Shown: positions 10,411-23,723, counted from the first letter of the stretch. The stretch: 64,000 bases of DNA from Macrostomum hystrix (GCA_950097015.1 CATNEN010000038.1:13454001-13518000), one strand, 5' to 3'. Notes: generated by a model not told the origin, from the sequence alone. Numbers and translations are program-made.

Positions 10411-12931
10411 TATATCAAATCTCAAAGGTTACTTCATTAATAAATAAAATTATGCTTTCAAAAAAAGAATTTAATTTACAAAAATTACAACAAATAAAAG
10501 TTTTTAATCAATAAAAATTTAATACTAAAAAATTGAAGCTTTAAAACTAACTACTAAGACAGAGGCTAAGTGACATTAGAATCTTATATTCATATCATTT
10601 ATAAATGACATTATGTGACCATGTCAGTGACAGCTAGTTCAGTTAGTAATAGTAGTTATTTATTTACTATCAAATCAGACAGTTTAGTTTAAGTCAAGTC
10701 AAGAAGAATGTTTAAAAGGAAGACTATATTAGATCACGATAAGTACCTGACTATGTATATTGAGGCTTAATTAGAATTTGATGTTTTAAACTTGCTTTTG
10801 CAGTTGTCTTTGATTTGAAAATATATATTTACTTACTTTTAACTCTTGTCTTAATATAAAAAATAATTATAAAAACCTATGTTACGAGCAATCTACTGCT
10901 TTGATCTGCTGGCAGAAAAAAAACATGCCCGGACAGATTTGATCGAGCTACTCTAGCATAATACATTAAATTTATTTGAATAAGATAGGCCTGTATTTTG
11001 TTCGCGGAACACGTACCAGCTAAGTCCGGCCCGGACTTAATCAGTTTGCACGTCTTCGAATTAGCGCGCCACTACCAACCAGCTGCGCTGTCCATTAAGA
11101 TAAAAAGCATTGAAACAAAGTGTAGCTTTAAGACATAGAGTTGAGAAACAGAGTCTTGCTGTCTCAAGCAATTAGAGCGCAATATTTTTAATGAGGAGTA
11201 ATTTACTATACTTATAATATTCATTCTTGCATTTTGTTTTCATATACTGAGTATTTTTCTAATCCAAATCCTCAGTGTGCCATTTCCAATCAATGATATC
11301 AATGATATCTGCGACGGGCCGTAGGACCCCAGCCTAAAAAAATTGATAGCTGTGAGGCGGTGCGCAACTAGATACATACACTGTATCTCATCACAATGCA
11401 TAGCTAAATTAAATAAGAGACAACATTATAAAACCAAAGTGGCTTAACTCGATCCCGGGTCCCTGGATAAACCTGATTCCAAGTTAGATGGCGATCAGGC
11501 CCCATTTCCGAGACGCACCCGCCTTAGAGATATTGTGGTAGCTAAGTTAAAGTCTAATTGGCCAAAGGTTAAGATTTGAATTATCATCAGTCTTGAGCAG
11601 TAGTTATACGTAGTTATAGTTTTTGCCTGTTTCGAATCGAATTTATATGTTCAAGAGCCAAAAAGACAAATGAAAAAAATCATGCAAATAATGAAAACTC
11701 AGCGAACAATTCACTTTGACAGCTAAATTTGAAAACTATTAAAAAAGATTTCTCCGAAGTTTTTGATTATATTAGACATCCAAAAAATCCTTAGGATTTG
11801 GTGGTGGGGGCAGCGTGCGCAAAAAGTGAAAACAACAAAAACTTAATTGGTTCAACACATGCGCAACTTTTGGATTCAGTCCAGCCATTCCTATCAGCAA
11901 CACTTGGTAAGCCAATGGTAACAGCAGGGTGGTTTCCTTAGGTCGTCCTGATAACATATTTGGTGCGTACAGAGAGGAAAATTCGCTGAAGAATGTCAGC
12001 TCAAAAACTTATTTTAGAAAAACAGTTCGTGCGGTGTCACATAACAGATTGATTATTACTATTACTTGTTGGGTATAGATCTTCAAGGCACACAAAACAA
12101 AAGTAAAAGAAAACTATAAAAAAGGAAAATGAATTTGGAGCAAAGCAAAGACTACATCCACTTCTGACGGACTCAATCCATTTCTGTCAGACTCCATTTA
12201 CTTTTCAGACTCGATTCACTTGTCAGACCCAGCACGATTATAGTCACGTTATCGATAAGCAGCTAGGGTCATAAAAAGGGCTAGATAGACGAAAGCGAGA
12301 TAGAGCGTGATTATTGAAAACTCATAATTTAGGCAAACAAATAACTGAATAAAATTATAAGTGTTCTATGGCATCAGAAAATGGAATCCAACAAATTAAA
12401 AAATCTAGTAAGTCACACAATTCAAATGTAAGCCTAAAGAAGCAGTTCCGAAAAAAAGTAAAACAAAAATTCAAACATTTTGCCTCGGCTATTATGGAAA
12501 TAAAAAGATAGCGCACTTCGAATTTGAGGGGAAAATGGCTATAATGTGGGATGCAAGCTTTGTGATACAAAAAACTAATAACAGAGCTAGCTGGTCTAGC
12601 CAAACACGAGTGTGGATTTAGATGATCGCTAAAAACGATTTTAAATGTCTGGTTTGATTTCTAGCATAACCACAATAGAGCGCTGGAGATTTCGCAGGCG
12701 CTGGAGATTTCGCAGGAATGTGATTTTTAAAAGACCTTACTAAACGTCCATGACAACGTCCAAATAGAATTGAACCTATTATCCTTTATAAAAACAAGAC
12801 AATAAAACTCAAGCTCGTAAAACACGAATAACGACATAGAATAACAACGTAGAACCAACAGAAAATTTTCTCAACAAAATCGATAAGCAATTCAAGTTCA
12901 GCTCAGCTCAACTGCAAGGCGAAGTTGACAC

Positions 12932-15900
12932 TCAGAACTGAAGGCGCAGCAGGTAGCGAATGCGGCACTGCGACTCTTTGTAGATCAGGTACTCGCTTTG
13001 GGAAAAGTGCGAGTCACTCGGACCAATAGGCTTCGGCCTGCCCTGCGGCACCTTCACGACCCTGTTGCCCACCTTCAGGGACGTGTCCTTGCTGGGATCT
13101 GTGCGATGTGGCGGGGACATGAGCTCGCATTGATTTTGTGGACAGCCTTCGGTCTACTCAAGCCAAATGAACGGGAAATTTTATAACACTAAAGAACAGC
13201 CCAAAAACGCCGAAGATTCATAAAAATAGCTAACGCGGTATTTTTGCAGTTGGCGAACAAATTAGATAAAAGCAAAAAATATTACATAATATACTGTGAG
13301 TAATATTCGGAGGGTAAAACCTAGTTATTATCCGACAAAATGTAATAATTGATAGTTCAAACAGCATTTATGCTGCTTAAAATCGATTTAAAAAGAGTGA
13401 AAGTAAATCAATTAAGTATAAAGTACAGTTTCATATAAATCTCTAGAAGTGAGGAGTACCAGGTCCTATTTACTATTTACTCAGCGGCATAGCATTTGAA
13501 AATCAAGCCTTACCTGGCTCGGTGCGACCCTCGGCCAAGATGGAGTCAAATCCGGAGGGAGCGGCGGTGTAGGATGAGTTCCCCTGCTTGATCTTGCAGA
13601 TATTGCCGAGTGCCACTTCGTTCAGGAACATGATGCCGTGGTTGCCAGTGGAGCGGCTAGCTGCGAACAAAGCCAGCAAAGCGAAAGCTTGATCAGACTC
13701 AGAGAACTCACCATGCAGTCAGGTGTGAGTGCGCACACCCAAAAAGCAGACATGAACTCACTGTAACAGGCAGATTTGCCTTGCTCGCTGGCAAAGTAGA
13801 TTCCCCGGCCGACGCGGCCCCCGCTATGCGGCATGATTCGGAGGCCGGACTTCAGAATGGCCGCCACCACAGCCACGTTGGTTCCGTGCCACAGCAGCTT
13901 GCGGTTGTCCAGCTTCGCGTCGCCGGCCTTTATGTGACGTTCCTCCTCGCCTTCGCGGTCCACGCGCCAGGCCTGCAGAATTTTGCCAACGCCGCCAGTC
14001 TCCTTCTGATAGGTCTCAATCACTCTAAACTCCGGTGACTTTGAATCCACTGGCTCCAGCTTGCACTTTAGGCTGGCGTAGTTCACATCCAGTGGGTTCG
14101 GCTTCTTGTCAGAACTCTGCGGAGGTCATGGGTGAAATCGCAATTGATTGTACTGAACTGCGATTTTCGGAAAACTATCAGAAGTGCATCTGCGTCACTG
14201 TCGTGACCCACCTCCTTCAGCAGCGCCACTTCGCTTTCCTTCTGTAGCGCCTGGGCCACCACTATGTCGGACAGCACCAGCAGCATATCCAGCTTCTGCC
14301 GCAGCACCTCTTTGCTTTGAATGATTGGTGGCACCGTTCGGCCAAAGTTGTGCGGCACCACCGTGTAGAAGCGCGACGAAAGCTCGGCCAGCTTGCCGCG
14401 GTTGCTGGCGCCGTCCAGCTCGCGCTCGATCTCCTCCAGCACTTCGAAGCCCTTGGTAATCTGGGCTTTGGACAGCTTGCCAAGGGGCATCTTCTTTACG
14501 TCTGTGACGGGGGATTTTAGTCCATTCTCAATTCTATTTGTTCTACTGCGATTTGCAAATTGTGTAGTATGGGCGATGAATCAGATTGACCTCATAAAAA
14601 AACAACATTTTTACACAGAAGCGCGCTACTTCATTTATAATAAACTTATACTTCAGTTTTTTAGACTGCTGCTGTCACTGAAACACTGACGCACACTATA
14701 GAACACAGTTTCTAAATTTCGAAAACTTTTATGGATGTCAAACCTTGATTATTCAAAAAAAAGTCCTTATAGGTTATGCTACATGGTGGCTAGCCAAGTT
14801 TTGGGAACTGAATATTATATTATTTAAGACAAGTTCCTTCGTTCCACAAAGGACTATGCTCCGAGAATGGCAGCCACGCCTCACCGATCTTAAGCTGCTC
14901 CATGGCATTCCGAAACATATCGCTGCTGAAAATGAGGTCCAATAGCTTCTGTGTCTGCTCATCCAGCTTCGACGGCTCGAAGACGGCTGCATTTGCGGAT
15001 TTGCCAGCCTTCTAAAAGTGCAAATAAAATATAGTAAGAACTAGTCTCGGGTCTTCATATCCACTAGAGCTAAACCAAATGGGAGAGGACACTGCCGGAT
15101 AACCATAAAAATAGCATTTCAGATTAGATCATGTAAGGTTCGAGAGATACTGGGAATTTTATGTTTGATGATTTGACAATAGACATTTGATGGTGACAGA
15201 GGAGTTTTGGCGAATGCACTCACTAACAGCGCCACCTTCTTGTCCGCATCGTCATCATCATCGTCATAGGACATCTCCAGCAGGGTGTACTTTCCCTTGC
15301 AGGGCGTGAAGCTGGTCCTGTCAGCCCACTTGTTTTTGGTCTTGTCCGAGAACTTTTTCTCGAATGCAGCGATAGCTTTCTCCGCACTGCCGAATCGAGT
15401 CATGTTGTTCTGACCGGACTCGCCTACTCGGCCCCAACGGTTCCAGCAGAAGAAGTCCGAGCCACCTTCCAGCACCTGGATCACGTAGAACTTGTTGTTG
15501 TTTTGTCCGATGTTCGTCTGGTTTAGCATGGCGTCATAGTCTTTATGCACCTGCAGAGTTCAACAATGAGCATTTCAGTGTCATTTAATAAATATTAAAT
15601 GTCAGTAGAAAGACCACTAGGACGCATCAAATACGCACATCTTTCTGTATCTGTATCTGTATCTGTATTCTGTATACGCACATCTTCCGCACATTCAACG
15701 ATTCTCGTCGTAATGTTTGTTATACTTGTGACCAGGGTCTGCGACAAGAATCCCTAAGGACACGACAATACAGACTCGAGCGGCTTTGAAAGTTAGTTCA
15801 TCGTAAAGGGCGGAAAATATTTATTCATATGGTGGACTTTCACGAAAATCGGTCATTCGGTTTCTGAGCTATCGTGAAGTAGGCAGTAGGTATTTGAAAT

Positions 15901-16217
15901 ACCCCTATACTGTTTTATACTGTTATTGGATTCTAGTTGTGAAGCATTTTAGCAGGGTTTAAAGGTTGGCAGCACAATAAATGAATGAGATTTCGCACCT
16001 TGTATGTGCCAGCGCCAGGAACATAAGAATCCACTTTAATATTGACTGCCTTAGAGGTGCCCGCTGGGCTGGTAGCAGCCACCTTCTTGGCCACAGACAG
16101 AGCTTTCTGCAGTGTGCTCTTCTTCTCTAGGGCCGGCTTGGCAGTCTCCTCAGCTGCCTTGGCCTTTTTGGCTCCCTTACCAGCTGGCTTTGCTGCTGCC
16201 TTGCGCTTCGGTGGCAT
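12932..16217 (-). CDS. PARP3: Poly/mono(ADP-ribose) polymerase, PARP3-like (WGR + regulatory + catalytic domains). Exons ~16217-15999, 15550-~15236, 15011-14885, 14501-14212, 14116-13762, 13660-13514, 13098-12932
   Basis: N-terminus MPPKRKA. WGR domain (LNQTNIGQNNNKFYVIQ, WNRWGRVGE). Regulatory MPLGKLSKAQI...FYTVVPHNFGR. Catalytic LLWHGTNVAVVAAILKSGLRIMPHSGGRVGRGIYFASE, MFLNEVALG, FSQSEYLIYKESQCRIRYL. All introns are GT-AG and phase-compatible; the exon 2 donor has two phase-0 options. Confidence 0.93.
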
Positions 16218-18308
16218 TTTCAGAGATTGACTTTGATATTGTGTATACTGAAGCTGAGCCTGAACAATCAACTCTGTTTGGGAGAATTTTCCCACTGGAA
16301 CGAGTTTTTGAGCTTTGTGATAAAAAATAGCAAGTTTTTTGTTACTTATATACGTATTTTACGAATACGAAATTTTAAATTCTAACTGCCCAAAAGGTAA
16401 CAGTGCCTAAAGTATTGTACTTAAAAACAAAACAGTATACAAACTATATACATTATTCAACTCCACAGGCCTAGCAAAATAGAAAAGTTTATAATAACAA
16501 ACTAGATGCAACTCATGAACACATAATGATACTGATTGAAATACTAAACATACGAGCGTAATTGCTAGTATGTAAATAAAATGTATTATGTGCTGGAGGC
16601 TGCTCAACAGCCTCCAGGCAATCTGAGTGGTCAGTGCAGACTAGGTACTGTGGGAGGGCTTGGGAGTAGGAAAATTGCAGTTACATGTACATACGCATTT
16701 CTCTCTCTTTCTCTCTCTCGTTCCAGCTGTTTGCACACTGAGTCATATTCCACGCCATGGTGCAATCACTTTGCTTCAGAAGAAGACTGGCAGAACATCA
16801 CTCAAATGCTCCTACTAAAAGTAGAGCACGGTCGGATGAATAAGTGGGATGGTGTTTGCATTGTGGCAGTTCACCTCAAGTACACTAGTTTAGCACATAG
16901 GCTAGATTTTTCTTCATACATTTACATTTTCCTTGTTGTGTCTTTCAATACTTATTTTAAGACTAAGTCTGAGAACCAAACACACAATATTTTCCCAAAT
17001 GTAAATCCCAAAGAATTTAGACAACAAAGAAAATTCCCAATCCCTGACATTATCACTGTAGGAAAACTTAGTAATCTGAGTCTGACTACCCTGTTGCTCA
17101 ACTGCTATGAAGCATTCAGTTTTGAGGCAGGTAAACCCCATCCAAGTCTTAGCATTCCCTGACTTATTTATTTTACCAATTGTGTGTGCCACGATAATGA
17201 TGTGAATGATGTGCCACGCTAATAATTACGCTACCACAGGTACAACATGTATACATGTTCTATTCATAAACAAAAACATTTTTAAGAAAAGGGTAATTTA
17301 TAGCAAAACATGTTTCAATAAAAAACAATGGCTAATGCTTCAGAATTAACAAAGAAGGTTTCAGAGCCAAGTCTTCAAGGACAGAGAAAATTTTCTTGGC
17401 AACTTGTGTACAAATGGCAAAATGGGAAGACTGAAGCTGAATTCTTAACTTCAAATAACTAGGTATTGAAGAGTATGAGGAGTGCCAAGAGATGCAGGTA
17501 CATGTCCATGTTGTAGTAACAGTAGGCAGAAGCATCTTATCAGAAATGCAAGGAATCTAGGAAAAAGGAGGATACAACCGTGATAGAGCTCCTGTCAAAG
17601 TGGAAGAAACTCCTGCTTGATGTTGCAATTCTTATTCTCACTAAAGATGCAGATAGCCTTATGTACTAATGTGAGACTGATTCAAGCATAAGCCTGCTTG
17701 ACTCTTGTGAAGTTTAATGAATGGCATCCTGCTACACAACAGAAGAAATAAGAAGTGTTGAAGGTGGAGAAAGAAATTTTAGTACTCTTAATGCTTGATT
17801 CCTTATAGAACTTAAATAAATCATTCAATTCTGCTATGTATTGTCCTAAATTTGATTTGTTTTGTGTTCTCAATAGCTCTGCATATTGAGCATTTTGGTG
17901 TATTCAGTGGTCTCAGTTTTGTTTTCCTCTGTTATATAATTACAGTTGTTTTAAGTTAGTGGATATTCTCTCATGAAACTTTTCCAAACAGTTTTCTAAC
18001 TCAATTTATTATCATAAAATTATTACAAATGACTATCATTAAGCATCTTCTGTTATATTTGGAGTCAATGAAATTTTTGGACAAGGAAGAAAAATAGTAC
18101 TTAACTATAATCACCCTTTCATAATAATTTTGGCCACAATTTGTTATTCAGTATATCTCTAGTTACTATTGGTTCTAGCCCTCAATCTATAATTTGTAGG
18201 TTCGATCAAATTAACAAACATACATGCGCAACCTCCCAAATTTACACCGGCCGTGCGACTTCGTTTTTAAAAAAAATGCGACATACCCATGCCCAAATTT
18301 TTTTATCT

Positions 18309-18372
18309 GGGTAAACGGCAGGGGTAACTATGACTGTGTTGCAATAGTAAAATGCCTCGTCATCTAATTAGT
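18309..18372 (+). pseudogene. Degenerate 64-bp 28S rRNA fragment (helix 69-71 region, the R2/I-PpoI target site) inside the hAT element
   Basis: GGGTAAACGGcaGGgGTAACTATGACTgTgTTgcaaTAGtaAAATGCCTCGTCATCTAATTAGT aligns without gaps to the universal 28S GGGTAAACGGCGGGAGTAACTATGACTCTCTTAAGGTAGCCAAATGCCTCGTCATCTAATTAGT, 54/64 identical by eye. Confidence 0.85.
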
Positions 18373-18956
18373 CTTCCGCTGGTAGCAGAGTGCACTCTGG
18401 CGACTCGATCGTCGGCGTGAATGAAATTGGTGAGGTCAGCTGCGTGGCGTCGCCCGTCAAGCTGCTTCCCTGCTTGTCCAATCGGATCTTCCAGGTGGTG
18501 CCGGAGACCATGAGGCTCAACATCACCATCACCATACTCACGAATGTGTCATACTGTATGCCAGAAAAATGGTCTTGTGTGCCAGAAATTCAAATTTCAA
18601 ATGTACGCCGGGAAGCAAACTGTAGCCCATAAAATGTACGCCAGAGAGAAATTTTAACTGTATGCCTATTTTTTATAAAACTATGTGGTCTGTGGTCATT
18701 ACAAAAATGAAATATTTTTTTGCGCCAAAAATGTGATAAGAGATATAAAGATATAAAACGTTGGCCCTGGGCCCTGGTGTAGCAGCACGCAGGCAGGCGG
18801 GCAGCAGACAGATGGGTGGGGCAAACGGGCTACTCATTGGTGTTGGTGTCGAGAAATGAGCCCACATATGTACAACAAGGCTTCACCGACTTGCGACTGT
18901 GGATGATCTTACTCGTCCTGACATTCAGTGCCTGGCTATAAGGCTATCAACAGCAA

Positions 18957-19075
18957 CCGACTTACTTCCCTCTGAATGCGACTTACTTCCCTCTGAATGC
19001 GACTTACTTCCGTTCCCTCTGATTGCGACTTACTTCCCTCTGAATGCAACTTACTTCCCTTGGAATGCAACTAAG
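18957..19075. repeat. 21-bp tandem repeat (GCGACTTACTTCCCTCTGAAT) inside the hAT element
   Basis: About 5 imperfect copies. Confidence 0.85.
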
Positions 19076-20479
19076 TTGCTTCTGATTGCAGATTTTGTCA
19101 CGTTTTTGCTTCTTTCCCCATTTGCTTTCCTTCCAAGTTCCTTTCTTCTTTCCTTTCTCTGCTTTCCTCCTTTTCCTGCCTTCTTTTCTTTTTTTCCGCT
19201 CGTTTTTTTCTGTCTGATTTTTTTCTCGGGTGGCCATTTTTGCGACTTACCTTGCTTGGCCGCTCGTCACCCGGCCGATTTGGCCGGGTCGGCCGGGTGT
19301 TGCGCATGTATGTTAACAAAACATAGGCTCATGACCACTTAAGTACAAATTTGAGCATGTAATAGCTCTATGCATAGGCCTAATGCATTTTATAATGTAA
19401 AAAATTGCAAAGGGACATGCTGCATGCTGTTTTCAAGAGGACTAGAGCTAGCTAGAGCCTAAAATTGTATTACAATATACATTGATCAAAATTGCTAGCT
19501 TAAGTTATATATAGCCTAGCAGAAGCAGATGAGCCTAAAACAAATATAAATAGACAGCTAATAACTATAAAATTATAATTCAATACAGTTGTTTAATACA
19601 GTAAAATGAGAAAATCACAGTATATAAAATATATATGTAGGGCCTATTTAATTTTTCGTTGTTAAATTAAACACAGCTTGCTTAAATGTTGTGTTCTGTA
19701 AGATCATAAAGAAATATCTTAATTTTAGCCTCGACCATTCAAAGCTTTACTGTTCCTTAACAGAATTAAGCGTCAAACGCATTACAGAAAAGCACTTGAA
19801 TTAATTTATTATCAATTGTTATTATTATTATTATTATTATCAATTTCTTGCTAATTAGTATCTATCGAAAATTATGCGAGAATCACTGAGTTAAGATACA
19901 TACTAAACAAATAGTACCCTAACGATACACAAATAAAACGAAACCAGGAAGCTTTTATACCGTATATGAAAATTTTATTTAATATTTTTTCTTATCTAAA
20001 ATTCGAACGAAGTATTATTTTTTTAATGGCAATTTTTTATAACTTGTAATTTTGCTTATCGTTTTTGTGAACACCGGTAATTATGGACAACATTGTAAGT
20101 GTTTTAATCAATACATTTATAATAATTAAGTTACAAGACTCGCCAAATTCCGGTTCTATGAAAAGTAAAGCTCGAGACTGCAATTAAAATTGTTCGAGGT
20201 GGGGCGATATTTTGTTGTGATTTATTTTTTTACTCGGCTTCCCTTGGCGGAGAGAGGCCAATGATAAAAATAATAGACAAATTATTATGCCCTTTATCTT
20301 TAGATATCGATAGCACATTTTAGCCCGATCGTTTTCAAGTGGTTAACTGGCTTCGTTAATCGTTTCGAATTCTCAGGCTTCGTTTTTGGAGTATTTTGGC
20401 CAGATTGAGTACAGGACCACTAGGAGTAGTCTATTCCTAATTCATGGTTGTTGATCGAGTAATGCCTGACAATAGCGAG

Positions 20480-21330
20480 TTGGATGCTCTAAGTAAAACA
20501 ATCTTTCTGTTGATGCGAGCAGCGACAATCAACTTCAGAATTAAGCTAACAATTGTGATGAAGTGTGTCTTTCTTGATGTGGAGAATGTGTCACGCGTCG
20601 TCTCTATCTAGAGATAATATTATAGCTAGGAGCTCGAAGTGATTGGAATTCGCGGATGCGGCTATAGCTGTTTCTGCACGACAGTGAGCTCGCAACTACC
20701 TGCCAGTGTGCAGTTTGCTTAATTAACTTTAAGCCTTAACACGTTGTCTTTGACTGATAACAAACTTGAATGGAATAAAAACTTTCTGCTGATAGGGAAC
20801 GGATTAAAAATGAGTAAAAGTTCTTAGAATTTTAATTTAGAAAAAACGTTGATTCTTACTCAATCGAGTATCGAAATAACACGGTCAGTGATCGAAAAAA
20901 AATGCGTATGCTCTGTGATGTGAATCCATTGATCCATTGATCCATTGAAAGTGTGTGTGAAACGAACAAAAAGTGACCCACATTGACAAGACAACTCCAA
21001 AACAATTTTTAAAAAGCAAAAGATCAATCAACAATTTTTAAGCGATGAAGAAAGGCTGAAAAAAGATTAAGAGGACGCGGTGGTGGAGCAGCGAAAACAA
21101 ATAGAGCAATTTTGCTGGAGTATTCGGTCTCATACTGATCGCGCGGTCTCACTAGTCTCGCCGTCAGACGTCGACACAAGGACCACTGTAGTATAACACA
21201 GTAGTCACTCTGAAGTTTTACTACAAAGGTCCTATAGCATCAGCACCATCTGCTCGCCGTGGTCCTAGTCCTCGTCCTGCTCAAGTACCAGCGAGACAGT
21301 CGAGTCAAACAGCAGGTGTCTCGTGGCTCA
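20480..21330 (+). pseudogene. Decayed paralog of the downstream TLR (last LRRs, LRRCT, stalk, TM and juxtamembrane region)
   Basis: 21243-21330 matches TLR 26731-26818 at 84/88 nt, and 21123-21175 matches 26684-26734. Upstream translated remnants are collinear with the TLR: TVSDRKKMRC~IVSDFHQMRC, IESVCETNK.DPH*QDNSKTI~IVDTCAQNKANPIWKENCKNI, SDEERL~NDEGRL, DAVVEQ~DTAAEQ. Stops and indels are present. The 5' boundary is approximate. Confidence 0.75.
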
Positions 21331-22134
21331 CGTTGCCTGACAATTTTCACCCTAATAAATTGACCTAAGTTGAGTTATGTTGAGTGAATTGACCATGGCT
21401 TGAGATAGGCCTATCTTGAGTCGAGGGTTTAACATCAAACACCGCAGCAGCAACAAAACACGCCCCGACACTGATTCCCAGCAGCCTCGATCGTCGGACT
21501 GGGTGGTGTAAGTAATTAAAAACAGAAGGCAACATGCCGAGCCAAACAGGGATATCTGTTTAATAGGAATGCAGTGGTATAGATGCGACTGAAATAGCGA
21601 GTATACGAAGCTATTCCTATTGACGTTTAAATTCAAACTGCGTCACGTTTCAATATTCTGACTTCAAAAATTATGAGTTAAGACTTTGTATTTTTCTACA
21701 ATGAGTTTACTGAAGTAGTTTTTTAAGAACAATTTCCATACAAAGCTGTTCACAAGGTCATGTGGCTATTGACAGTTGTCCAAACACAGAGTCTCTTTAA
21801 GTATTTTCGAACTAAGTATCTTGATTGCTTGCTTGAAAGGCGGACGACTTAAATTTCTAACAGCTTGCGCCATCATTAGACAATATTTTCATGTACTGGC
21901 TGGAATACTTGCTATTAAAATTACCCACATTAGAAAAATGTACCTACCATGAAACTCATTTACACCTATGTTTCAGTTAAATTTTCGTTTTTTGGATGGA
22001 AGCTAACACAGCTTGTAAAAGGAGTTAATTTAGTCTTGATCGTGACTTAATCATTGTCTTGTAAATGTACATTATCAAGTGCTTTCTCGCTGTTTAAGAA
22101 GAATTAGAAACTGAATTTATACCAGTCTGGAGAA

Positions 22135-22335
22135 TGTACAATCAGTGACAGCCGCAGCTACTGCGCAGTGCATTTAAAGACTGTTCAATCTGTTCAAGCT
22201 GCTCAGTCCATGGACTGGGGGCCATCGTACCCGCCCCAATTTATATACCCTCCCTGAAATCCATTTCTCGGCTGAGTCGGCTGAAGCAATGGGGAATTAT
22301 GGGGCCATTGCTTAAGGGCGCAAATTGTTTTATTT
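22135..22335 (-). mobile_element. Degenerate SINE copy, same family as 44540-44850
   Basis: The reverse complement contains AAACAATTTGCGCCCTTAAGCAAT...CATTGCTTC...AAATGG and CCCCAGTCCATGGACTGA...CTGCGCAGTAGCTG, paralleling the SINE at 44.6-44.8 kb. Confidence 0.55.
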
Positions 22336-23723
22336 GGGGGGAAACTCAACGAAATTCAAAGCTGTAACAAACTTTCTTTCTTCTAAGTCACAGCCGCATC
22401 AAGCAATTATAAAGGACTATGAATATCCGGTAGTCCTTGTATTCTCAGAGTTGTAGTTTACTTACCTTGACCGTATTTACCATAAGAGAGGCTAACTGAG
22501 AAAGTGAAAGGCCCTCAAATAATTCCTTTTCTTAGTCGTATAGACACAAAGAAGCTATAGACATGACTATACCATAAACAAAGCTGAGATATTTTTGGCG
22601 TTTGAGTTACTTAATATAATGAAATTAAACAGCCTTGTTGTCCATTTGAAGTATTTACCTTGGCTGGGCGCTCTTGCGCCCAGGGCAATTATTCATTTAC
22701 TTATTTATAAGCGATTGAGTTTCACTGGTAAACTGTAGCTGTATTTAACGGACTGCAGATCTCCTGCACGTGCAGGTATCAGACTGTTAGTCAGAGAACT
22801 GCACGGATTTGTTCGCCCCTTTAGTGACCAGTGCTGCTTGGCTTGAAGTGTAATTTGAGACTAATGATACGCTCGCGCTAACAATTATAATCAGACACTT
22901 CAAAAGTCGAATAGTGGACTCTGCACTTGCTGCTGTTCCCATTTTAACATTTAAATGAGCACCAACTTGGTGTTGCCACCAAGCTATCATGTAAACTTCG
23001 TAACTTGTTTTTAACTTGTGACAAATTCTAGAGGCAAGACGTGTGTGTATATTACCGATACGAGTGCACAACTACAGAAAAGCAATTGTTTTCGTCGCCA
23101 CTTCTAAGAAATTGTGATTATGAGCACATTATTCGTCTCAAAAAAGGAATACCTGCAGGACTAGAGGTGTGCAAATAATGAGCACATTTGTAGACTTCCA
23201 AGATTTTCTATTATCCATTTTCAAATATGCTTTGCAGCCAGGAAACTCTACGTGTACATAGTTAAGGCTCAGGCGGGCCGAGTTTTAAGTGTACAATGAC
23301 CCTTTTCTGCCATCAACATTCCAAGTTCTATGCCTTTGTGCAACTAAAGAGAAAATTAGGGAAAGCTAATTTTTGAGTGCACTGAGCAAGTTCCCTTTCT
23401 GGATGTTGATTTATTTATATAAGTATTTTGTCGCATCCACTTTTTTTAAGATCCACTTTTTTAAGACTTTTTTTCTATTTCAGTAGGAATTGCGTGTTTT
23501 AAAAACGAGTTTTGCTCCGACGAATTCACACAAGGTAAGGAAATAAAAAATGGTGCGTCATGCACTTCTGATTTACGCACACTTTATCTAGCAGCTTACA
23601 CTTTCATCGCATGTAGCTGGAATCTATGAACATGATTATCCATACACATTTAAAATGTGGTTGAATTATAAATTCATGTTATTTACGACACAAGTTTTTT
23701 AATTCCTTAGTAAAACGCCGGCA

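Larger units (their letters stand above)
18219..19312. mobile_element. Non-autonomous hAT-type DNA transposon (1094 bp) carrying captured sequences
   Basis: Perfect 14-bp TIR CATACATGCGCAAC / GTTGCGCATGTATG. Perfect 8-bp TSD TTAACAAA (18211-18218 and 19313-19320). Subterminal TGCGAC motifs. No transposase. Confidence 0.85.

Noticed and set aside
11021-11039. Palindrome TAAGTCCGG-C-CCGGACTTA as a regulatory site
   Set aside because: A single short palindrome with no supporting context.
16581-17700. 193-aa ORF and neighbouring ORFs as a gene or TE protein
   Set aside because: AT-rich, no recognisable motif or splice structure. Possibly an old repeat, but unsupported.
18309-18372. Functional rRNA gene
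   Set aside because: Only 64 bp, mutated, and embedded in a DNA transposon.
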